A DNA stretch of 64,000 nucleotides, taken from contig CM060733.1 of assembly GCA_030704615.1 (NCBI GenBank), positions 17,732,001 through 17,796,000 of the forward strand, read 5' to 3'. The notes under the pieces are model-generated. The model saw only the letters and a program-made list of their open reading frames with translations, was not told the DNA's origin and did not search any database. The position numbers and the translations under genes are program-made. Origin of the DNA: Takakia lepidozioides. Its lineage: Eukaryota > Plantae > Bryophyta. Shown here in pieces: positions 1-8,828 of the stretch (within the stretch, counting starts at the first letter, position 1; each line of letters starts with the position of its first letter).

Positions 1-191
1 TGGACTCTTGTGAACTATGAACCCATAATGAACATGACAACTCATTAGATTCCTCATACTTGAAAGAAAGAATAATATGAAATAATGTACAAACTGGGGT
101 TTCAATTCAAGAATAACTCTATAGGTACTTCTTGCTCTTTTGCCAAGTTTTTGAGAATTCCTTCTTCATTGTCGACAGCCAATAGGGTTTA

Positions 192-1037
192 CACCATCCA
201 CCATGTAAGAGATCATCATCACCAAGTCATATGAGGCATCGGGGAACTTCAGAGGTAGATTTGTTGTCTCAATATTGAATGCACAGACTCAGACCTCAGC
301 TCGTTGCAACAAATCGATTCTCCGTTCCAGCTTTACTTGAAGGCTTCAACAATCACTTCGTACCAGAGGCCACACCTCACATCTGTACAAATCGTGAAAA
401 TGCGTATCTTACATGACTCTTAAACCAGAGCAGAAACACATAGCCTCTTTGGTGATGGAGGGCCAGAATTGTCAATTGCAAAGCGAATGTGATAAGGCAC
501 ATCATATTCACGGACCTCCACAATATGCTCAAAGTAGTCTTGCATCTTTCCTGCAAATTTTGTCCTGCCATTCCAATAGCAAGTTTTGTCGGCAATACAA
601 TAATGTCACAGAAAAATTGCCACCTCAAATGAGAAACATAAACTCATATACTTTGAAGGGTTAGAGAGTAATATCCTTTTAACAATAAGGAGAGACAGAC
701 TTCCAAATGAAGAAATCCATGAGGACTAAGAACTTTCACTCCAGCAAAGGGAAGATATTGAAGATATCTTGTTTCAAGTACAAATCCATTGCAAGGTCAA
801 GGTCAGCTTTGGCCAATTCACAGCACTGTATTGAGGGTAGATATTTAGACTGAAACAACCCTGACTTTGTACTTACCCTACATTGTTGAAGAGGGACTTG
901 TAGGCTTGAGAAGATTCCAGTTTTGCTCGGTTCTTCTCAGCCAGGAGTAGCAACTCATTCTTCACACTCATCAGTTCTTGGACAGTGTTGAAACTGACTT
1001 TTAAGTACTTCCGTTGTAAGCCTGCAAGATGATTTTT
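192..1037 (-). pseudogene. POL2: DNA polymerase epsilon catalytic subunit (POL2/POLE1) fragment, 3 exons, pseudogenised
   Basis: Exons 1037-877 (KNHLAGLQRKYLKVSFNTVQELMSVK...), 564-~467 (...EVREYDVPYHIRFAIDN) and 382-~192 (DVRCGLWY...[40 protein letters not shown]) match the Pol epsilon N-terminal/exonuclease region. It has a frameshift, an in-frame TGA, ExoI DIE changed to NIE and a lost donor after FAIDN. Homology stops after MVDG. Confidence 0.9.
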
Positions 1038-1351
1038 CTGCAGTCAATAGCACCCACTCCAATAAGATATCCACTAACCTTTTCAGAAACGGACTTCCTA
1101 ACCATGAATGCATTACAAATGCCAATCTCCACATACCCCGCTTAATCAGTGCAAACTGCACCTAGAATTTATGCCAAAGTATATTATGCTTCCAATATGC
1201 TTGCAATAAAATACCTACAGTGCTACGCTCATGACAGCGTGACGATGCAGGAAAGCTGTCTGAATAGCCGTCACTGTCATATAACATATAACAACCCAAC
1301 ACTCCGACCACCAGATCTCAAAGCCGCTCGGCTGCTGCCATTCAGGCTGCT

Positions 1352-2600
1352 TTGGCAATCCCTTCCACTGGGACAGGTTTCTTCCAGGCCCACAGGGCTT
1401 TGGCGCGAAGTCGCAGCCCCCCGGCTATGCGGGCAGCCCCGATCCGGGTTCCCTTGGTTGCTCCTCCCTCTCCCCGGCTGAGTCAGTCGCCAATTTCGGA
1501 TCCCACCACGCATGGGTGCCCACCCCAGCATACCGGGGTTCCCTCTCCACCTCCCCATACAGTCGACCCCCAGCAGGATGCAGTCGACCCTCAGCAGGAT
1601 CTATTGGAGGATATTTCGGATCTCCAGAGATCGATGAGTAAATCTTACCCTCTTGTGGAGCTAAATATGTCCACAATCCACGACAGTGTCGCAAACTTTT
1701 CGGAGAAAGGGGTGCTTATTCACTTCCCTGGTAGAAAAGTTGACAGAGATCATGCAAGGGATTGGGCCATCTGTCACTTGGGGGGGTCTGGCGACCTTAA
1801 TCATCATTTCTGCCACTCCAGGGGCCAAGGATTTTTCTCGGTTCTTTTGGATTCAAAAGAAGCTGCAGATAGGGCACTTTAATCCCCACCTGGCTGGTTT
1901 TAATGTTAACATTTTTCCTTGGTCGAGTGCTATGGGCAACAAAAATGGAAAGGTGTGGAGTCCCAGGATCATTGCCTCGCCATATATCCCGGACCAGTAT
2001 CTCTTCAGTTTGCTTGAGATAGGGAACTTCTTGGGGGAGTATTTGGGATGTTTGGCGGTGTTCAACCCCCACAACTGTCCAGTAGCCCTTAAGAATAATC
2101 TTGCTTGGAGGGGGGCCTCGAGTTCATCTAAGGCACATGAGAATGGGTTTCCAAAGATTGTTATAATGATGCCTGATGATGCAATCATCCCTGAATTTAT
2201 TCGTCTCCCCATTGACAAAGGCAACTTCTTCTCGGTCAAATTATATGAGGACACTACCTCTACAGTCTGCTACTACTGTGGACGTATGGGGCACCTCAAA
2301 GCTGTTTGCCCGAAGGCCCAAAAGAAAAGAATTGGGTCCCCATTGGGGGCAGAACAGCAACCTGCCGCCCCCCCTAAAAGGCACTTCTACGATCCGAAGG
2401 GGAAGTCCCTTGTCTTCTCCCAGGACACGCACAATGCAAAGAGGGCGGCATCGAATGCAGGCGAAGGAGACCTGCCAGATTGGGTTCCTCAGGCCACTAG
2501 TCATGCTCAACCACCGAATCTCAACAGGTGGTCAGCCTCGCTGTTGCGCGGCTTCTACTCACCCATCCCTTCGCTATCCGAGGCGGAAACTCCAAGATAG
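1352..2600 (+). mobile_element. L1-type LINE ORF1 (zinc knuckle), frameshifted
   Basis: Overlapping ORFs 1352-1882 and 1686-2600; Pro-rich N-terminus, DUF4283-like region (GQGFFSVLLDSKEAADRAL) and CCHC knuckle CYYCGRMGHLKAVC. Confidence 0.8.
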
Positions 2601-2660
2601 AAGAGTTGGAAATCTCAGCCCGCTCAGAACAATCAGTCATGACCTACAACTAGTGTATCA

Positions 2661-2850
2661 TGGGGGTGTTTCCTATTTGTTTTCCTTCCTGCATTCATGT
2701 TAGCTAGTTACCTTACTGCTGGTAATTAAGTATCAGTTTTCTCCATCAACTCATCCATTCATTCCACAGCTTCACTCAGATCCCTCTACACAGTGTGAGT
2801 ATGAAGTGTGTATCAGATTAATATCTATCAAGTATCAGGCTAAAGTCCTG
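2661..2850 (+). mobile_element. Possible short LTR remnant (G-run, TG...CA, degenerate tRNA-Met PBS)
   Basis: GGGGG-TGTT at ~2662-2670 and ...TATCA at ~2829 followed by AGTATCAGGC, which resembles a deleted TGGTATCAGAGC. No second LTR is visible. Confidence 0.25.
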
Positions 2851-3309
2851 GAGTCTCTAATCTGCTCTACAGTATAATTCTACTGCTTGCTATCATTAAG
2901 CATCAACAGATCCTCCTCCTACTCCGTGCTCTCCATCTTTCTGCTCAGAGATACACTCTCTCCTCCTTTCCCCCAGTGATGTCCGAAGTCTCCCCCAAGA
3001 AGTGCCCCCCTCTCGTCTCCGCTGCCCGCTTTATCCCTTCCCCCTGTTCTAACCGTTGTCCTTCACAAACCGGTCCTCCGTGAATTACATGTTCCCCGGC
3101 AGATGTTGTTCCCCACAGTCGTTCCCTGTCATGATAACCGTTCCCTACGACTGTGTCAGACTGTGACGGCTGTTTCGGGCTGTGACGGGCTGTGTATGGC
3201 TGTGACGGGCTGTCTTAAAAAATTCAAACAAATTTCGCCTGGTCCCTGCGTATTTCATAATCATTTCGATCTTTCTACGAACATACCCACAAAGTTCTCA
3301 AAGCACAAA

Positions 3310-3490
3310 ATAATTTCGATTGATCTCATATTATAATAGGACGTATCAGAGGGTACATTGAACACACTGGCCAAGTTTCAAAGCGAACGAAAATCATTTG
3401 GATGTGCAACCATCCGTTGGCCCATTGAACGAATTTCGATTGAACTCATATTACTCTGGGGCCTCTTACATGGCACATTGAATATATTTC
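3310..3490. repeat. ~120-bp tandem repeat, first block (~1.5 units)
   Basis: Unit ...ttgaacacactggccaagtttcaaagcgaacgaaaatcatttggat...catccgttg.cccattgaacgaatttcgattga.ctcatatta..., same as at 4080-4495. Confidence 0.85.
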
Positions 3491-4079
3491 GCGTGCTCAT
3501 GATTTTTTTTTTCATTGCGTTTTTGAATGGGGCGTGTAATGTACCTATATGCAACGTGCATGTCAAATTTGGGAGCGATCAAAATTCATTTGGACCCAAA
3601 ACGACAGTTTCTTCCCTATTTTGCACTTCAAACTTGATTTGTGTTCTACTTCATGCACTTTTTTTAGAGAGTTCTGCAATAGTGAGCGAAGAGAACACTT
3701 TTTTTTGGGGGCATTTTTGATTGGTCCAAATTTCGGCAGGGGAGTAGCCGTGGGATGCTGGAAGCCGCAGAACAAAATTGAGCCAAAAACAAAATAAATA
3801 CGTGCCAGAAACCCCCACTGAAAGGCAGTGCAAACCTATTTATTGGCTTAAAATAAATTTAAATTCAATTAAATTGTGGAATGGCTTGAGGGGGGAGTGC
3901 GTCGATGGGGAGGCAAATGATTTATTCGTCTATTGTATCTTCACACATGTTCAAGCACATGCGGGCAAAAGAGGGGCTTCAACCACATCCGTTCAATGGG
4001 TGCAATAGCCGTGCACGCATTGCAGGATTTCTTTTTCGCATTGAACAAAAACCAGATGACAAATGAACGTCTCATTGGA

Positions 4080-4495
4080 CAATCGAATGATTTTCGATTG
4101 ATCTCGTATTACACTGGGACGTATCAGATGGTACATTGAACACACTGGCCAAGTTCAAAGCGAACGAAAATCATTTGGATGGGCAACCATCCGTTGACCC
4201 ATTGAACAAATTTCGATTGATCTCATATTACTCTGGGGCCTTTTACATGGCACATTGAACATAGTGGCCAAGTCTCAAAACGAACCAAAATCATTTCGAT
4301 GGCCAACCATCCGTTGAGCCATCGAATGAATTTCGATTGATCTTATATTAGTCCAGGACCTGATACATGGTATGTTGAACATCGTGGGAAAGTTTGAAAG
4401 CAAATGAAAATCATTTGGATGGGCAACCATTCAATCGCCCATTGAATGAATGGGGTTTCGTCTTCGATTATACTGGGACCTGTTACATGGTATGC
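4080..4495. repeat. ~120-bp tandem repeat, second block (~3.5 units)
   Basis: ttcgattgatct.atatta recurs at ~4093, ~4212 and ~4332, with a degenerate copy at ~4463. Confidence 0.9.
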
Positions 4496-4498
4496 CAT

Positions 4499-4783
4499 TT
4501 GAAGCTCTTTTTGTAGTGTCTCCTGCCTCGTAATGCGGTGCTTTTGATGTTCACTTTATCCAGTATGTTAATATTCTCCACCTGGAACAGATCCACATAT
4601 GTGTGCATAAATCCTTAAAAAACCAAATGACCATCTCAACTTTTATAAGCCTCATGGTCATTTGTTTTTGTAAGTTATATACGCATGTGTGGATATGTTC
4701 CAGATGGAAGATATTAACATTGGAAAAATAAGAGTTGGAGAAGCACCTCATTACGAAGCAAGAGACATTACAGAAGACCTCAA
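4499..4783. ncRNA. Long imperfect fold-back HP1 (candidate hairpin/miRNA-type precursor)
   Basis: Arm 4499-4634 pairs with 4654-4783, e.g. tgtctcctgcctcgtaatgcggtgctt vs revcomp tgtctcttgcttcgtaatgaggtgctt; ~19-nt loop. The inverted repeat is seen directly; RNA function is inferred. Confidence 0.55.
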
Positions 4784-4904
4784 TATTGAACATCTGGATG
4801 AAGAATTTTGCCCATCGTCGCTTCAAAGTTCTAGCGCTTCTGAAATGATCACATGTTTTTGGTGGAAGCAGATATCGTTGGCCACATTGATCTCGTACCC
4901 ATCG

Positions 4905-5020
4905 AAGACTCCCGTAGGCCACATGGAACGGTTCATGTGATATATTTTCACAAATGCGATGTGATACATTTATGAAATGATATCACATCAACCGTTTAAT
5001 GTGACCAATGCACGTCTTCT
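4905..5020. ncRNA. Imperfect fold-back HP2
   Basis: gaagac...ggccacatggaacggttcatgtgatatattttcacaaatg aligns without gaps to revcomp gaagac...ggtcacattaaacggttgatgtgatatcatttcataaatg (~53-nt arms). Confidence 0.5.
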
Positions 5021-5076
5021 GCACCATGGCGGAAATGTTCGCCACTTGAAAGCATAAACACAAATAATCCGTGCAA

Positions 5077-5452
5077 ACAAATGTCAAGAATCATATGTAC
5101 TGCAAGGTGTTTCATATTGCCGATGTTCATGTAGCAGAATTATTTAGGAATCGTTTTGCTACTCCCATGCCAACAACATCAGGTCCACTGCGACTGCCAT
5201 ATTCCGAATTCCGTATTAGCCACCACGGACATGAAACCAGGAACTTCGCACAAAATCTCCAATTTATTCAATTTATAGTGGGCCATGGCTGTAGCCTGCA
5301 AGCTGGCCGGGGTGGCTGATACGTCCGTTTGAACATGACAGTCTCAGAGGACGTTGGCATGGGAATAGCAAAAAGAGTACTACAGAATTCAGCTAGAGGA
5401 ACAACAATAGCATGAAACACCTTACCGTAAATATGATTGTTGACATAGGTTG
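5077..5452. ncRNA. Long imperfect fold-back HP3
   Basis: Arm ~5077-5232 pairs with ~5303-5452, almost ungapped. It explains the look-alike ORFs 5071-5319(+) and 5268-5468(-). Confidence 0.55.
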
Positions 5453-5520
5453 TAACAGCTCCAATCAATAGAGAACTCGCACCATCAGTTGCGCTCCAAT
5501 AGCAGTACCGGTCCCCCGAG

Positions 5521-6053
5521 TAAATAAAATTCCGTTGTAGATAATAAATTGCATACGCTCGAACCTCACAAATGTCATTTCAACAAAACCGGCCGTGTAT
5601 TGTGGCACTGTTTGTAACTGCGAATGTTTCAATGTTTCTGACAGGGTACTGAGAAAATGATATATTGGATCCATATGAGTTAGACAACAAACGTTCTATA
5701 TCTCATTCAACTGTGCGATACTACCATGAGTGGCATGGATAAAAAAGTGATAGGTGTACATGCGACCTCCGCACGTTTAAGTAGAGACCTAGTATCAAAC
5801 ATTCGGAGGTCGCATGTGCACCTATTACTTTCCGATCCATGCCTCTCATGGTAGTGTCGCACAGTTGAATGAGATGAGACGTTTGTTGTCTAACTCCTAC
5901 GGAACTAATACATCGTTTTCTCATAATCCTATCCGAAACCTTGGAACATTACAAATATAAACAGTGAGCCAGTACACAAACCATTTATGTTGTGATGACA
6001 GGTGCCAGGGTCGAGCATATGCAATGTAGTATTTACAATGAGATTTTATTTAT
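5521..6053. ncRNA. Very long fold-back HP4 (~255-nt arms)
   Basis: Arm 5521-~5775 pairs with ~5800-6053. The inner ~95 bp (gagttagacaacaaacgt...catgcgacctccg) is near-perfect; the outer part is mismatched but nearly ungapped. Confidence 0.6.
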
Positions 6054-6135
6054 TACATGCACGATCAAAATTGAGTTACGTCTTCTTTAAAGAACCATTG
6101 TACTGCCAGAAATGTCATATCTACGAGACTATGGT

Positions 6136-7613
6136 CTACTCCGTCCTATATACGTTTTTTGGCTCAGACCAATTGAATGGCTTGCCCATGAACCGAAGTA
6201 CTACATGGGCTAATGTGACTATCTCATTCTTGTTGTTGTCGTACAACCTTTGTAGCATTGAATGCCAACAACCTCCCGTAAATTGGTCCTGGAACATACT
6301 TTGATCATAATGAACGCCGTCATTTATTCGTACCGCTATCTTCCCAACGGCGAAGGCCTCCGACGTCATGTCCTGGGGGGGGGGGGGGGGGGGGGGGGGG
6401 GCGTGACATTCGCATTGAAAACCGATGCAATATCTTTTTTCACCCACCATCTTTTCGCGAATTCCCGGTCCAGCTTGTCTTGGTTTTCAAACTGGTACGG
6501 CGAGGCTTTGCGTATGCCCAATGAGATGGCTAAGCCCCAATCACACACCCCAATCTTGATCTCCTCGGTATCATATGGAAAATGCAACAAGATGTTGTCG
6601 GGGGACAAGTCGTTGTGCATGACACCGTTTTTGTGGACAACATCCATGATGCACACAAGTGGCCATGCAAGTTTACTGCGCATTTTCCGGAAACGAAGCA
6701 AGCGATCGCATTCCTGGAACTCTGTTTCTGTTCCCCTTTGTTCCAAAATCACCCTGTTGTCCGAATTGTTGCCTCATTTTCTGTCAAGGTTCATCATGTC
6801 GCGTATTGTCCCCCCATTCCACCTGCGAGTGTAACCCTCTACCTCACGTGCATTCACAGCAAAATACGAGATAACACCCGGATGCTGGAACTTCACTGCC
6901 AAACACTTGTCGTTATGTTGTCTTAACGTCTTTTCTGGATTTTTGGACTTGGGTTTTTTTCCCGCTAGCTCCTAACGCTCCGGTATTCTAGAATCACCAA
7001 CAATCCTACAGTGACGGACCTTAGCATACCCTTATTCTTTGTAATGGCCAATCTCTACCACCTTCGCAGTAGAGTTCAGGTAATAAAGACCAGTTGTGCC
7101 TCCCCCGCCCGATGACCCTGCCTTCCAAGGGACAACCCTAGTCCGGCGATGTGAATTCTGACTTGCCGAACAAGCCCAATACTCAACACGCCGCATTACC
7201 TCAGCTTCGGCGGAGGGCACTCGACCCTCGGTTGTTCTACCCTTCCATGTCTTCATTAGCTACCTCAAATTCCACGTGACGTCTTTTGCCATGCTTTGGA
7301 TCCTCCGATTGAACTTCGGCTTGTCCCTGTCCGCCGTCCATTTAGCCCCCGCCAAAGCGTTTGTCATTTTCCTCTCCATATTTTGCTGAAAAATCTGAAA
7401 CCCCTCCCATCCATGCCTAATATAAGCACTCTCCAACCTCATCATGTCCCTACCCTTGAAATAATCTGCTACCACTTCTTTCACCTTATCCAAGGCATCC
7501 GATCACGTGTAGTTTGGCTTGTTGACCTGGCTATCCCGCTCGTGGGCACGTTTTCTCTTCCTCCACCCCCCAGACGATCCCGCCCCAGAACTGGAATTCA
7601 CAACCCTCGACAT
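6136..7613 (-). pseudogene. Divergent intronless protein kinase (~490 codons) with 5 in-frame stops and a homopolymer frameshift
   Basis: One frame from ATG 7613 through ORFs 7260-7493, 7032-7256 and 6366-6752. Motifs: GYAKV, ELAGKK, HPGVI, WNGGT, HNDLSPDNILL, VCDWGLA; SEAFAVG lies after the G27 run in ORF 6136-6450. Stops at 7503, 7260, 7032, 6972 and 6774. Confidence 0.85.
6375..6401. repeat. G27 homopolymer (poly-Pro on the kinase strand)
   Basis: 27 consecutive G at the frame switch of the kinase. Confidence 0.95.
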
Positions 7614-8237
7614 TATATAAACCTTTGCACACTACAGGGTCCAAAACCTCAGAAAAATGGCAATGAACGCATGTGGATGGTATCTTCGTAGTTTTCTGCA
7701 AAAAAACAAGCCGCCGGAGATCCGGAAACAGCAAAATGGTGATACGATGATTGTACCGTGAACAAGTGTGTGGGACTGCCCAATAGAAACTGACAAAACC
7801 TCCCCCCCCAAATAATCACATTTGCACCTCCTGTTGGCAGTGCCAAGCAACGAAGTCCGAAAGGACTACATGATGCCAAGGAACCGCACCACAAGAGGGG
7901 CAAAAGTGATCAGAAAAGGAGGGGGGAATGGTTTATATAGGCGCCCACCAGCCCCCCCCCCTCCCAAAAAAATGGCATTATGCTTGAAAGGCGCGACAGG
8001 CCAGTGACGCCTCACCACGTGTCAGCGCGGCGCGACTGGCCAGTCGCACCTCGCCACGCGCACCCACATGGGAGAGGTCAAGGGTTCAAAACCACCTCCC
8101 CCCATCCCACTTGTTTTGTTTTTCCTGACCTGTGGCACCTCGCCACGTGGCTGGCCGAGGCGCCGCTTCAGGATTAAAAATAAAAAAACAAAACGCCGCA
8201 CGGCGGGTCCTTGGATTTCTAAGGAAAACAAAAACTT

Positions 8238-8610
8238 GCGACCGCTGCATGGCGGTCGCTATATTTATAAAAACAAGAAGAGCGACTGCCACATGGCCAA
8301 TGTAGGCGGTCGCTTATTTTAAAATGTAATAAAATACAAACGACTGCCAATATGGGCGGTCGCTTCATTTAAAAATAAATAAATTACGGGCGACCGCCAA
8401 TTTGGGTGGTCGCTTCATTTAAAAATAAATTAATTACGGGCGACCGCCAATTTCGGCGGTCGCTTCATTTAAAAATAAATAAATTACGGGCGACCGCCAA
8501 TACTGGCGGTTGCTTAATTTAACAAAATATTAAATTACAAGCGACCGCTAATATGGGCTGTCACTTTTATTAAAAATAATAAATTATATGCGACCGCCAA
8601 TATAGGGGGA
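8238..8610. repeat. Array of ~8 palindromic units GCGACCGCC-N4-7-GGCGGTCGC with AT-rich spacers, ~50-bp period
   Basis: Units start at ~8238, 8282, 8341, 8390, 8440, 8490, 8541 and 8590; the last copies are degenerate. Confidence 0.9.
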
Positions 8611-8828
8611 CTCATTTTTTAAGAAGAATTAATAAATATTAATAATTGGCCACGTCTGTTTTACACCATGGCTGCCATGTCATTACAAAGGGTAGAAGTA
8701 AATCGTAAAAGTCAAATGTAAAAAAAATAAAAACATGGGTAAACGTCCGGATTCGACGTTTTGTGACGCACGTCGGCCGTCAGACGGCCGACGTGTCAGC
8801 GCCACGTCACGTCAAGAATGATAACTAG

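Larger units (their letters stand above)
3100..8828. mobile_element. Repeat-flanked, kinase-carrying insertion (Helitron-like 3' end; class uncertain)
   Basis: Lies between LINE ORF1 and LINE ORF2. It has 120-bp tandem repeats on the left, a 50-bp palindrome array on the right, a perfect 13-bp-stem hairpin at 8769-8795 and CTAG at 8825-8828 where LINE RT sequence resumes. The left boundary is approximate. Confidence 0.6.

Noticed and set aside
5071-5468. Two similar small ORFs on opposite strands as paralogous peptides
   Set aside because: They are the two arms of HP3, and the differences are mostly non-synonymous.
8238-8610. CRISPR-like array
   Set aside because: Eukaryotic context, spacers are similar AT-rich sequences rather than unique, and there are no cas genes.
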